DNA of 64,000 bases, from positions 8,370,001 through 8,434,000 of the forward strand of contig CM102290.1 of assembly GCA_046563655.1 (NCBI GenBank), given 5' to 3'. This DNA is from Yuukianura sp. NJ FZ-2021. Lineage: Eukaryota. This document shows, piece by piece, positions 40,063-53,763 of the stretch (the first letter of the stretch is position 1; every line of letters begins with the position of its first letter). The position numbers and the translations under genes were made by a program. The notes beneath the pieces are model-generated. The model ran no database searches and was not told where the DNA came from. It saw only the letters and a program-made list of their open reading frames with translations.

Positions 40063-41097
40063 GGGTCGGTGGAGGTGGGTCTAGTGGCTACAGGGGATGC
40101 TGGATCTTGACTAAGTAGCAAGTATTCTGTTGATCCAGCAGCCACCACTAACCAACTCATCCCCTTCCTGCTCGCTCCACCTTCCCCGTCTCTTTTTGTG
40201 TTGTTTGGACTGGAATTCATTGTGTGTTGAATGACCTTCGAAAGTGTGTACGTTTAATTTAAGTGATTTCTTCAACTATTTCACAAAAACTTTTATTCAT
40301 GACTTATACCTTGAGGAGTATATAACGTTATATACGGAATACCTTACACCGAAAAGGCTCTACAGTTAATTAATTACACATGGTAGTCTTAGTTAGGCCA
40401 CATTGACATTGCAATTTATTAAAAAAAATATATTGAGACATGATGAATTCGATGCCCAAACCCCTTCCTTAGTAGTTAGTCCTTATTCAGTTGTAACTAA
40501 TTACTAAATTAACCTTCTGGCGAGTACAGTTTAAGTACTCAGATTTACGTAAGTATTTGATTTATAGTAAAAGACTTCAAGCCTTTTATTACCGTGAACA
40601 ATGCCTTATAAAAGTTTAACATTGGATTTATTAACCTTCACTTATTTAACTTTCACTAATTGGCCAATTGTTAGTTTTCGGCGTGAATCTGCGTAGCGGA
40701 TGTACGAATTTCATGTTGAACGCAGTTTTCGCTGAGGCGCGAAAAACAAACCCGCCATGTGTGTAAAAAGTAAGATGAAAAAATTCTGCCCGGTGTTTGT
40801 CATTTGTTTTGGATTTTTACGGAGTGCGTGGTCGTGCTGTTAGCTGTAAGAATTCCTTTCCTAGGTTGGTCAATTAGTGAAGTGAAGTAATTGTTTGTTT
40901 GTAATTGCTAATTGTGATGATGTTTACCGATTAATCGGTACGTTTCGATAATTAGTTGGTTTGATTCTTTGATTTCAACAGGACACAGGAACACGAAGGC
41001 GCCTTTTGAGTTACATCGTGTCTGGTGATCGGTCAGAGTACGTATCTAAGGAACGGGTTTGCCCACCAGACACTCTTTTCGCCAGTTACGGTTAATC

Positions 41098-44000
41098 ATG
41101 AAACCGAAGGGGTAAGATCATGAAAGTAATTAAATTTTTATTAGTCGAAGCCTAGTCAGTGTCATGCAGTAATTGAATTAGTTGCTTTTGTTAAGTTGAA
41201 TTTGTGAAGTAAACGACAATCTGTTGCGCTGATTGGCTAAATGATGTTTACGTTATGTTAGGAAACAACCTCAACATCCCAGAAACCGTGGTGGTGGTCC
41301 TCTAGCCAAAGGTGGTCGTGGAAACACTGCCTTCCCGAATCCAGAGCAGAAAGCCTTCAATACGTTTCTGGATGGTCTTCCTCCAGTCCTCAGCCAATGG
41401 GGACTTGAAAAAGTGTTTTCAGGAGCGAAGAGGGTAACTAAATACATTCCACAAAACATTAAATGCTTAACTTTAGTAGTTGGAAACTGATTCAAAATAT
41501 TACAAATTACAGAATGAGAAAGAGACGATGGACATTGTGGACCGGCTTCTTCGTTGTCTTCAGTCTCAGAAAGCATCAACTCAGCGTGTCCGAGATTCCT
41601 TTGTGACGTTGGTAATTCTACTTCAGACAAACACTCATGTCAAGACAGACAAAGTACTGGACCTCATCAATCAAATATTTGTTACCGATGGAGACAACAC
41701 TCGTGGGGTAAGTAAATTACGTTTTTGGTACCAAATAGCCTAGTATCGTATATTTTAAGTGTCTGTTATTGTTTAGGAACGGAGAGCTGTTTACGCCGGA
41801 AAGATCTTGGGGCTGGGTGCGGTTATTCGAAGTTATCGGAAATTGGATCCCAAGACACTGAATCGTGTAATTGCCGAATTGGCTTCACTTGCTGAAAAGC
41901 GAACTTCACTCCTTACCCTGTCAACTCCATTTCTCTGCTCAATCATTTCCGAAGATTATTACAAACAAGAAAAGCAACGCAAAAAAATCGACTTCAGTCC
42001 AATTCAAAACCTTCTGCAACTTACAGCCAAACCACAACTTGCTGCCGTTTTCAGACTGAGTTTAGCCGTCGCTGACAACCAAGTACAGCTCGACCCACCA
42101 CCACTTCTAGCCTCAATTGATTCCATTGTCGACACGGTTGTTGGGGTTGTTCGGCATGACGACAAGAACTGTCTTCGGTTCCTCTTTCGATACCTCAACA
42201 GTCAGAAGAAGACCAAACAATTTTGGAAGACGTTTTCCTCTAAATTGGGTGCTTATCACTTCGACCTTCTGCAAACATCCATTTCCGTTGCACTCAAAAA
42301 CGACTGTCCACTGAAGAACATTTTGAGAAAAAGTGTCATCCAGCCACTCCTATCGCTTTTTAAAACTGGAGACGAAGACATGACCAAGAAAGTTGTGGCT
42401 ATTTTTCGTCAACTGTTGGATTGGGAAAAAGAGGGAATTCTGTCCAGCAAACAGCGATTGGCAGCGATTCAACTGTTATTTGGCGAGTTGGAATTGAGCA
42501 GTGAGTATCGTCATCTCCATTCCATCTTTCGTCGCTTCTTGACTTTTCTAACTGGAGAAGAAATTGAGGCACTCGTGAGCTTATGTCAAGGTCAAAGCCG
42601 GTTGGAGTCACGTGGAGCCAATTCAACAATCAGTTTGTTAGCAATCATTGCACCGAATCGAAAGACTCCGCTGGAGACGAAGTTAACGATTGCACAGGAA
42701 CTGTTCCAGAATGGATTCTGTTCAGCTCCAGAGGAGAATCAACTTCCAGATAACGTTGGTCCAGAAATTTTGGTCATGCGTCAACGTCTGAGTCGCACTG
42801 CATTTGTTTCTGTACTGAAACATACTTATGACGCTGAATTTATTCAAAAAATGTTTTCTTTTGTGCGAAAAGTTGCAACTGGCAAGAAGGATGGACTCAC
42901 TCTTGCAAAACCTGCTTCTGAGCAGGTAAACCCTGATACAATTTTTCGAAAATCGATTTTGAAAGTTTTCGATAATCGAGTTTCAAATGTTGTTTAAAAA
43001 AAAGTTTTGCTTTTTTCAGGATTTGGCCAACTTCAAAGTGATTTACAAATTGGTGAAGAAAATGGAAGATACAGACTTGCGAAATTGTTTACAGATTTAC
43101 GGAATTTACAGCGTCGCGGACTCTCCATTTGCTACTGCTGGACTTGATGTATGTTTTTTGATTAATTGAAAAACACGATTAATGTTATTGTTATATGACG
43201 ATTCTTTTTTGTTTTTTTATGATAGATGCTAATTCCTTTGTGTGAAAAATCGATTACCCTTGAGCGACGAGATAGAGCTGTGGATATTATCACTTTTATT
43301 TTGGCTGCCATCGAAGCCGAACTTGTTATTTTTGACTACGAAGCAATTTTTGGAAAGCTCTTGATTGAGAGGAACATCCACGCAGATGCTGTTCAACTTC
43401 TGGTCAAGATCATTGACGTTGATATGGCCGACGCTTTGGATGATGACGATGATGAGTCGAGCGATGGCGGGGACGAGGACATGGAATCGCTGAAAACTTC
43501 AGAATCCAAAGGAGAGTTAAAGATGAACGGAAATGCCTTTACTCCCTCGTCACCGGCAGATGAAGGACCAGATTCAGTAAGTTCGGAATTAAATGGAATT
43601 ATTAAGTATATCAATGGATTAGTTATGATTAACTTAAGTTAATTGACTTCTTCCAGGACGAGGAGTCATTGGACATGGACGCAGTTGACGAAAGTGAGTT
43701 GAACAAAATGGATGCCGCACTGGCCAACGTTTTCTCGACGAAGAAACGGGTCAAGGCCGAAAAGCGTCTGGAAGAAGCTCTGACGCTTCGAGTTCTAAAT
43801 CTCCTTGGAATGCTTCTACGTCGCTATCCGAGTCCAGACGACGGAGCCATTCCGCTGCTCATCCTCATTCCAGCCCTTACACTTCTGCGTAAGTCTGGAA
43901 AGGCCAAAAGAGTTGACATTCATGCTCGAGTGACGGATGTCGTGAAGAGACTCAATGGAATTCGTCATATTGGAAATGCTGCCACCTTTGAGCCGAGTTT

Positions 44001-44214
44001 GATTCACCATTCGAAGGAAGACATTGAGGGGATGCTGGAGAAGAAGTTGCCGAGGAACGTGCGTCAACTGATCAACGGAAGCTTGGAGATGCTTCGACGC
44101 TGTTTTCAGCAACAAATGGACGTCAAGGAGGTCAGGAAGAGGAAGAAAACACCTATTGAGGGCGGGGAGGCCAAAAGGACGAGGAAGCGCACACTGAGCA
44201 ACTCAAGTAAGTAA
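41098..44214 (+). CDS. MYBBP1A: MYBBP1A / Pol5 (DNA polymerase phi family) nucleolar protein, divergent
   Basis: Spliced ORF from MKPKG (41098). Similarities: IVDRLLRCLQSQKASTQRVR and AGKILGLGAVIRS near the N-terminus, an acidic tract followed by DESELNKMDAALANVF and LRVLNLL...LILIPAL, and a basic C-terminal NLS/NoLS-like tail. Confidence 0.7.
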
Positions 44215-44798
44215 GTTTTTTGGAAAAAAAAAGACTAGATTAACTAAAGCTTAAGCTGAATTTTTTTTTCAAAAAAGTTGACTAAGGTGAAGTTTTTTTC
44301 AAAAATTTTTCAATGAACTATTACTTGTATGACAAATATATTGCGAATTAAAAGTATTTTCAATACATTCAAAAACTTTGGTTGCAGCACACTACGGGTG
44401 CATTTGTTGTAACCATTGAAGTGTAACCGCCGCGCAGTTACTGGGTTTGTTCCGAAAACTTAAAAAATGTAACTGTGTCATTCCAACTACGTCTTGTACA
44501 TGCTAGATGATTACAAATGTGCTGGAGGTGGTTACATTGTCTGTTACGACGGGTATAACTTCGGTTTGCCTCAATCGAAAACTTTTTTTGAATTTTTTGA
44601 AAAATTTGTAGTTTTTTTTTAGAAACCGTCGTTTTTATTAAATATAAACATCAAGTAACAGTTTAGGGGGTGTGAGACAAGCTTTCAGTGCGCTTGGAGA
44701 ATACGAAAAGGTAACTAACACTTAATCCATGTTTAACTCTAATTACCTGAATTCATTAACTTACTCAAGTTCTTAATTAACTTTGTCTTAATTATGAA

Positions 44799-47700
44799 CT
44801 ACTTTACGTCCACTGCATTTACTTTAATGTTAACTGAAAGCGTTGTAGTGCTCGCAGAGGAAGAGGCTACAACAGCAGCAGCCGCCGTTCGTCGTGTCAC
44901 GCGTGTCGTAACTTTTTCCGTCTCCATCGGCATTGGTTCTTCTGCGTCAGCGTCACTTCCTCCCCCTTCGTCGCTTCCAGCCGTCGTGTCAATTTTGGAG
45001 GCTGCCACTGACGTAGTTGGAACAGACGATGTAGTGCTGCTGGAAGTGGAAGGTTTAGCATTTGTGGCAGCAGCAGCAGCAGCCACTGCGGCGGCAGTTC
45101 GTCTCGTCAGTCTCAAGGCCTTTGGTGGTGGTTCGTCATCTTCCTCAATCTCCGGCTCCTCCAATCGCGTCTGTTCTGCGTCCATCGGACGGGCGTCAAT
45201 GGATACATTTCCATCTTCGTCCAGAACCGTTGCGTCTCTCTTTCCTTTGCGATTTAATTTCTTCGTACTCTCGGATACGACAGAGATCGTCATTCCAGCT
45301 TTCTTTGGAGCAGCGTACTGCATGTCTGGAGGGAGGTAGGACCGTGGATTTGAGAAGTTGGGGTCCGCTGGTCGCTTGAAGTACATTGGTGGAATTCTGG
45401 GTTCGGCGGGATGGTCCTTCATTTCAAAACTTGTTGATCGCTGGAGAATGAGACCAAGAGCGATGTCACAGAGAGCGTACATTTTGCAGTTGACGGAATC
45501 GTTTTCCGGTTCCAGTGCATCCACATGATTCTTCATTCCTTCAATCAAGCATTTGTAAAAACCAAAGGAATAATTTTCATTTTTGACAATGAGCGGCTCC
45601 ATGATGAACCACAGACAGTCCTTCATCTTGGCTAATTCTTCGTGGTTGAAGTAGGACGTATAGCTAAAAGACACAAGGTTAGCGTTAGTAACATTTCAAG
45701 TTTTCAAAATTTTGATTTCATTGTTAAATTGTCTTCTGAAAATCAAAATCTTACGCAGGATTATGTGTCAGAACTGGAACAGAGAAGACGAGCATGTAGT
45801 CCGGCATGATATGCGGCAGCTGTTCGGTAGCTCTGTCGGATGCTGTCAGCATCAGCCCTTTGATGTACTCTCGTCGTTTGGACACATCCGTCAACATGTA
45901 CGACTTGATGGTCATCTTCTGCTTGCGATCTGGCTCGAGTCCAGCCAAAGCATAAAATCCCATAAAGTCCAATGGAAGACACTTATGTGGAATTCCTCTC
46001 GAAAGGCCACGGTGTACCTTGGAAGCAAATTTCCCGCGAACTTCCAAAACGTCATCACTCATCAGTTTAGACAAGCTGCAAAATTGTGACGACGTGAACT
46101 GGTCCCCTACGCCCTTCTGCTCACAAATCTTGAGCATAGCACATCCAGCAGCCAGACGCAACCAACTCATCTCAGCAGCACTAAAGTCCACTTTGGCATT
46201 GATAAATCCTCCTCCAGTTTCAACAAATGCTGTCAGCATTTTGAATGTTTTGGCTGCAGATTTATGATCCGTTCGAAGTCCAAGGAGCCATCGGACAGTT
46301 GCCTTCATTCCAGCTATCATTGCTCTTGTGATTTCTGGAAGTTCTTCCATATCACACCAAGGATCAGGATTTTTGTACTGATCTTCCTCTTCTCTCCTTG
46401 GATTGACGAGCAGTTCTTTGACAATCTTTTGAGACACGATTCCTTTCATTTCATTTTTGAATTCTTCTGGCATGAGGAGTGCAATGTGTCCCAGGCCAAC
46501 AATTGCCGTTCGATACCCAGCATTCTTTGGATCCAGATTCGTTTTGAGTGACTCCACTACTTGCGTAAACGTTTGAAGACGAGCACTCGGGTTGAGATTA
46601 GTAAAAATACAGCGGATAGCTTCTTTTGCACGTTTCGGGGTTCCGGACACTAACGAATTCTGACAGTGCGGTACCAGTGTGCCCATTAGCGCCTGTTGAT
46701 ACTGACCTGAAAATTAGATTAGTCTTGAGTAAAATATACAACAATCAACGTTTAAGATTAATTTAAACAAAGGTCAAAGATGAGATGAGTTTTGTACCAA
46801 TTGGTTTAGCTTTTCCAATGCAAGTCAGTGCAGATAGGATGGCTGGCTGAAGGGAAGGAGACACCAGAGTGAGGAGACGGATGAGTAACGTCAATGTCTG
46901 CTCTTCTGCGAAGTGATTTGGAAATACAAATGCCAACACCTACAAATTTCACAAATCATAAATAAAAATATGTTATATACACAAAATAATATATGTAATA
47001 AAATAAAAAGTAAAAAAAATAAATAAAACAAAATATTGAGAATATGCTACACCTACATTGATAAGTCGTAGGCCTCTTTCAATAGCAACGTCCTTGGGCA
47101 TGCCAAGACTCTTCAGAACGTCAGGATTCTCAAGGCGCACAGAATGCAGGATACTTAGCAGTTTCTACAAGGAAAAAAAAAGAAACAAATGACATTTAAA
47201 TATTAATATATTATATGAATATAATGTACAAAAGTTCGCTTACAATCAAGGCATCTTTGTCTATGAGAACAGAAGAGATCCGTTGGAGGAGGATTTTGAT
47301 TGTATTGTAATACAAATTGGTCATAACCGGAGCACCCAATTTCTTCAAAACCATGTTCTGAAAATTCCGTACAAACAACAAAATCAAACATTTATCAATA
47401 ACTAAATGAAATTTCATAAATTATGAATTATAATATTATTTTAAAATCTTTTTAAACAATTTTTTTTAAGTCAAAGATTCTCACCACACAATCTGCACAG
47501 CTTTTACAATCCGTTGAAGGGCTCACAATCATCTCCATCTTGGACATTAGGTTTGTGTCCACCTTCAAATCCGACGCAAACTTGCACAAGAATTCCGACG
47601 CTTTGACAGGATCTGGTAGAAACTTTGTGAGAGTTGAGATTCTAGAGCTCAGTTGCCTCTCGGTTTCTGGTAGTGCCGTGTCGAAGTTCTTTATACAGGC

Positions 47701-50024
47701 CAAAAAGTCAGCAACATGTCTTCGAACACTAACGAATAAAAAAAAAAATTCGAAGTTTTTGAAAATTCTGTCAAACTTTTGAAATTCTAACTATACTGTT
47801 CAAAAGTTCAACACGTACAGCAGAAGTGTCTTCTGGATTTCGACAAATGCTTTGGTGGCGTTCTCATCAATGGAGCCAAACAGGTAGAGGAGTTTGAGCA
47901 TTCGCTCTTCCGAAGGCAACTGGAACGGAACGAGACAACCGTTCAGAAGACGCTCAACAACGATTCTAAAACATAAATGACTGTTATAACTTATTGAAAT
48001 CACAACTAATTAAAAAACTAATTAACTAAAACGTACCTATCGTCCATTGAACTCATGTAGTAAGCGTGAAGGATTTTATCTTTGATCCATGTCACTGCGT
48101 CTCTGGTTGCCGTTGGAATATAATCTGACGTCAGAGTGAGATGCGTCTTGTAAATCAGGGCCAATCCTTGCAGAGCTTCTCGTCTAATTTTGAGCTGAAA
48201 GGCATGAAATATACTAATTTAAAATATGCAACGTCTAACTAAAGTTAAAAGTTACCTTCTTGTCCATGATTCGCTCTTTGACGTAATTCAACAAGTCTTC
48301 ACTTTCAGATACAACTGAAAAGTCTAACTTGGCCGTTGCTACAATGGCTTTCACAACTTCAAACCGAACATTCTCCTCTCCATCGTGTTGCCGTGTCTAG
48401 TCAAGGTTTAATTACAATTACATTTAAAGTAATTCCTACTCATAATTGTAATTACACCGTAATTACAGCCTAATTACATCGGAGTAAAGGTCAATGCGGC
48501 AAGGTAATTAATTACCCGAAGAGTCTCCACAATGTCGCTTCGCAGCTCAGGATGATTGAGAAGGAAATGCATAGAATACTGGACACATTTAATTCGAATG
48601 GGGATGCTGATGTCATTGAATCTGGAAGAAAAAGGAAGTTGTTATAAAATATAACATAAAAAGTTTTAGTTGTTTAATTTAATTAGTCTTGTTTTCAATT
48701 ATTTCAATCCGTTAGTTACCTTCCCAAGAAAGCTTGCCAAAGTTGCGGATGATTACTGGCTAACTTAGACTCCTTTTCAGAGAACATACGAGCGAGGAGA
48801 GACACGCATCCAAGACGTTCAGATTCGTCAACACTTTTTAGTTTGTACTCAAGTTGTGGAATGACTGAGAGGAGAATTGACGGACAAATGTTGTTCAACT
48901 CATAGATCAAATCATACACCTGAAAGTTATAAATTATATTATATTAATTAATTAACTTTGATTAAAATTAACTTTAACATTATTAACTTAACCTAAAGTA
49001 CTTACCTTCATTTTAATTCGATACTCATTCTCGTCCTTTCCACAGACCAAAACCTGGTTGAAAAACTAAACCAAAACAAAACGTAAAAAAAAATTCCAAA
49101 CAATTTTTTTTGGAGATTTTCTTTTTTCAAAATTGAAAACTCACGTTTTGAATGTACGGTTCCAGCGTTTCGGAACATTTGACGATGAGTTCTTTGGCAA
49201 GGTGATACGCATTCTTCTTAGTCGTCTTTACCGGTTCAACGATGTTGGTCAAGAGGATGTCCAAGAGCTCACTTGAAACTGTGTCACACTCGGTAATGAG
49301 GGGACACAGAACGTCTAGCATGAATGACTTTACTTTCCCCGAATGTTCATCGCTAAAAATTTAACAAAAAGGAAGTTAGGAATCAACGTTTCGAAAATCA
49401 AAAACAAAATTTTTCAAAGATTATTGTTACTTGACAATTTGGAAGACTAGGCCAAATAGTACACAGAATATTTCCTGTGCATCGTCCAATTCAAAACACA
49501 TGTTGAAGGATTTGACATAAGCCAAATTCTCTAGCAGGTAGAAGTAGCGCTTGAAGGCAGGGTCTTTGGGATCCTTGAGTCCCTCGAGTTGCCCAATTAA
49601 AAATTTAAAAATTGTCTAAAATTGAAAACGTTTTTAGATTAGTTCAATCGAGGAGCGAGAACAGAAAGTAAACGTTGTGATTGAAACTTACTTTTACTTG
49701 CTCCTGATCTTTGTATGGGGCTTCTGGGGCATAGATTCGTAAGATGTCAGCGACACAACAGGCAATGAGAAGTCGGACATCTTTGGAAGGATGATTTAGA
49801 AATCCGTCTTCAGCCAAATGTAAGCAGAGTGGAACGTACTCTTCATAAGCATTCTCCTCTTGACCCATACTCTGAAATGTGGAGGCCAGAACTTTGAGAC
49901 GACGAATTAGTTCATCCACATGCATTTCATCGCTGACTTCTTTGCAACTCTGAGGATACAAAATGGCTTCTGACAGAGACGACGTGGCTTGACGTCCACC
50001 GGGCTTCTTTCCTTGTCTAGACAT
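44799..50024 (-). CDS. PDS5: Sister chromatid cohesion protein PDS5
   Basis: ILYPQSCKEVS...HPSKDVRLLIACCVADILRIYAPEAPY; FKRYFYLLENLAYVKSFN; LLSVIPQLEYKLKS; WIKDKILHAYY; WLRLAAGCAMLKIC; LPHIMPDYMLVFSVPVLTH; CLWFIMEPLI; low-complexity C-terminal tail; stop at 44799. Confidence 0.96.
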
Positions 50025-51387
50025 GTTTCCAGAACGTTTTTGTCCAGTCTGCTGCCAACCTCTTGTCAGTAAACTGTTTAGCTGCGGACAGAGTAAGTAA
50101 ACAATACTTAAAACTCGGTAGTTCCTCTTCCTCCTCTCCCTCCCAATGAAACAGTCAAGAATCAATCACAAGCTTCCCAATTAATCAAATGATTTACCCA
50201 CTACAACACAACCGTATTCAGCTCAGTGCTCGGCTGTAGCTTAATACAGCCTACACTAACGGTATTTTGTTACGTACCTGTCAGTTACCAGCTGATTAAG
50301 CCTTGCAAATTCTTGCTAAAATCGCAATATTGCCGTCCAATCAAAGTTGGCTGCTTGTTAAAACCTGTGTTATTTCCGAACCAATTACTTTATACTAATC
50401 AGATTTAATTGATTAGCGATTGAAGACTTCGCAAATCAAAAACAAATTGAATGTTTTTATGATGCCAAAGACAGTGGATCCTCTCAGGAAGAAAAAGAGA
50501 CAATCTCTGGTTATATTCTATGTGGCGGCGTCTGTCCGTTATTAAGCGAGGCATCGACCGACGCCCAGTCTCGACCTAGATGGAGCATGGGAAATGGCTC
50601 GCATTTTGCAAGCACAATACCGTAAAGATTGAAATAGATAGCTCTTGTTTGCAAGCCCAAAAAAGACTCAACACAGCAAAGCGATGGAAAACCATTACTA
50701 GTAGTTGGTGGTAGCTCTTCCAGTTTTGTATTAATTCATTTTCTTTCTAGTTAACCACAATTTAGTTAACTTACTATCATACATTTAACACCTCTCAACA
50801 TGTTTTGTCTCTAAACTGCACCAAAAAAACGGCAGTTTCGTAGCGTTTAATTCTTGTAGTTTTAGCAGTTTTACGGTACTATTTGAGTGGGCGGAAGGAA
50901 GAGCGCGAATTTCATTTTTACAAAAACCATAAAAAAAAACAAATAAATCAAAACATCAATCAATCAAAATAGTAACAACGAAAAACATAAGGACAAATTG
51001 AATTGATTGCTAATTAATTAATTAGTCAGTTACAATTATAATTCGGTACACAGGAGTTTGCTAGTAAACGATGAAGCAAAATGTACCATTTCGTATACTC
51101 CAGTCCAGGCGGGGTTATTCATATCCACCCAGTTTGCATAATTAACCCTCCCAGAAAAATTGTAAGTTTACTATTTCGTTTGCTTTAATTCATATCATTA
51201 ATTGATTCATTATTTGTTGTAATTAATGGAAGGTAGGGATAGGATTATTGTAATTATAATTTATAATTTGCGTTATCGGTATTCTGCTTAATTTAATAAT
51301 TTGTTCGGTTTATATTTCCCCTGCAGTTGCATAAGTTTGACTTGGACAGAATCCGAAGATTTTTAATATTTGCCTTTGTATTTTTAG

Positions 51388-52100
51388 TTGGAGAGAAGGA
51401 AGAAGGAATGCTTGTTTGCATGGGAAGAAACTGGACATCGCGGGGCTTAAGAAGTCAAGTGAAAAGCAAAGTAAACTCGGCATGAATATTAAGTAAGAAA
51501 GTGACTCGGAGAATGACAAAGTGAGTTCAATTTGTTTAAAATCCTTCACTCTCTATTTACTATTCTGCAGGGGAGACTGGAGAGACAACTGGGCAATGTT
51601 GACTCAAGATCTAATACCAACAGAACAATCCTAAAAGCTCAGGGAAGGTGAACCCTGGAGAACTTGGAAGTATTTATGACTGCTGTCCTGCTGGCAGTGG
51701 CAATTCCGAAGGAAGATGAAGAAGAAGTTGATAAAAAGCAGTTGAACATGGATTGTCTCACATTCTCAAGACGAAGAAGGATCTTCGATGGGATGAGATT
51801 CCAGAAGAGCTTTTCTTGAGTGCTCTCTCCTTGCCTGAGATGCGGTGCCTTAAGGCAAGGGGATACCTTGGTACCCCTTCTTGTCATGTTTTTTTATGAA
51901 CGTTCATTCAAGTCCGATCCAACCTGCCTCTAATTATAGGGACTTCAGTAAATCTCGTCTCGAAGGACTCTCCTATCCTATCACATCTTCAACTCCCAGT
52001 AAGAGGATCATCCATTCCTGTTCCAAGGACAACGAGCCAAAGGATCATCTACTTCTACTCAGGAAAAAAAAAGTACTCCTGACGCTTCGTTCTGGACTGC
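51388..52100 (+). pseudogene. Possible decayed spliced gene (unidentified)
   Basis: Exon-like blocks bounded by canonical sites (tttttag|TTGG ~51388, AAA|gtgagt ~51520, ctgcag|GGG ~51571, ttatag|GG ~51940). Protein-like stretches (LDIAGLKKSSEKQSKLGMNIK*ESDSENDK; AVEHGLSHILKTKKDLRWDEIPEELFLSALSLPEMRCL) are interrupted by stops and frame changes. Confidence 0.3.
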
Positions 52101-52144
52101 CCAAACCACACCTTGCACGCGTCAGTTCGTCACAGAATTGGAAC

Positions 52145-53222
52145 ATGGAAGGAGCACGGGTAAGTGCTGGACAAGCATCACCGAATCTCTGTACACTAAA
52201 AGTCTTTTCTCCAATTTCCAAAGTTTTAGAACTTTTTGATTTGTTGTGTCTGATTTTGATTTAGATTTTCATACTACTTATTGTCCTTGGGACTTGTCTT
52301 GGGGCTGAAGAGGCACAACAACGTCCGAGCAGGTCCGCTAGGACTATTGCTCGATTCTTTGGCATTGAACAACCGAGTGCACAACCGCAACCCCAAACTG
52401 CTGCTCAACAGCAACAACAACAACAACAACATGCTGCTCAAGTACAGGCTGCTCAAAGTGTTCGAAAACCGGCTCCACTGATCTACTCTGTCAAGTACTA
52501 CGACCGTACTGGCGAAGGAGAAAAGGCTGATGTCGTTTCGGATCATGCTGTACAAGACGGGTAATTTTTTTCTCGTTTTTCATAGAGAAGCAGTTGATGT
52601 ACGTTTTAAAAAAAATTCCAGACGTGTCCAAGGAGTTCCAGCTCGCGTTTTCTTGAACTTGTACACGGGACAACAGACTCCGGTTTACTATGACAACAAA
52701 GGTCAACTGCTCGTCCCTTGTCCGGTTTACGACCATCTTTATGTTGCTGGAGTGGATCAGAGTTTAGTTCGAAAGCCACCGACGCCATCCAAAGTGGTTC
52801 AAACAGCTGCCGTCGTTCCGGTACCTCCGCCAGTTTCGGTACCGCAAATTCAAGCTGTTCCAGAAATTGTGTACTACGCCTCTCCAAGCTACGTAGGACA
52901 ACACAATCCTGTCTTCAAGCCAAATCCGGGACATGGACTAACTGGTAAGGTTTGCTACATTTCCGGTGCTCTTTGACCTTGAGTGTAACTTGACCTTTGA
53001 CCTCTTGTTTCAGTTGTGGGAGCACCGTTTGACTATCCGCACACTCACTACTTTCCAGGACTCTACCCCTACGGTTCTCCAGGGACGTTCAACCCCTATG
53101 TGTTCATTAAGCCGACCCCTCCAGGTCACCACGGTCCACCAACTCCGACGGTCCAAGTTCAGCAACCGGTGGCTGTGACACAAGTTGTAGCAGAGAAAAA
53201 GGAGGGAGACAAATTAGACTAA
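52145..53222 (+). CDS. Secreted Pro/Val/Gln/Tyr-rich protein (280 aa; cuticle/extracellular-matrix-like)
   Basis: Exons 52145-52159, 52265-52560, 52622-52944 and 53014-53222 join in frame (843 nt). Signal peptide MEGARIFILLIVLGTCLG, RPSRSAR furin-like site, polyQ, Inr-like TCAGTT at ~52122, AATAAA at ~53342. Confidence 0.8.
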
Positions 53223-53752
53223 AAAAGAGAAGAAAAGATACAACAGAAGATGCTTCTTCATAAAATCTTGACCTTGACCTCTGCTCCTTCGATTCTGCTA
53301 CTTCTCATGTTCATTTTTACTTATTAATCCTCAAGGTATACAATAAATACTAATCTTGGTGGTGTTGGGATTTGCAATCAAATCAACGTTTTCTTTTTGA
53401 ATATGAAGATGGTCATTGACCTCTGTGACCTTTTAAAAAGCAACAAATTAGGCTGGGTGTTGGACTTACAAAAAAAGAGGCCACGACTTTTAAAAAAATC
53501 GTGTTCTGAGGCCGCGTGTGTCAGAACTGAGGATTTCCAAATATTAAATGTCAATTCTTGAAAGTTAACGTAGTAGTTCATTAATTACTTAATAAAACTA
53601 TCTAAATAGAATATATTTTTTGATTCATTATTTTTATTACAAATAAACGTAGGTTTGAGCAACACCTATCAAAATCTCACGGAGGTCAGTGAACCGTGAA
53701 CCCTGTTTTGAGTGTGTAGCGTGGGGGCGTGGCCAGTTGAGCGGCGGTTCTC

Positions 53753-53763
53753 TTTTCCCGCGC
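53753..53763. promoter_or_regulatory. E2F-like site in a GC-rich patch (with GGGGCGTGG GC box) upstream of Su(var)3-9
   Basis: TTTTCCCGCGC, with GGGGCGTGGC about 30 bp upstream. Confidence 0.35.

Noticed and set aside
44794..45339. 181-aa plus-strand ORF
   Set aside because: Antisense shadow of the low-complexity PDS5 C-terminal exon.
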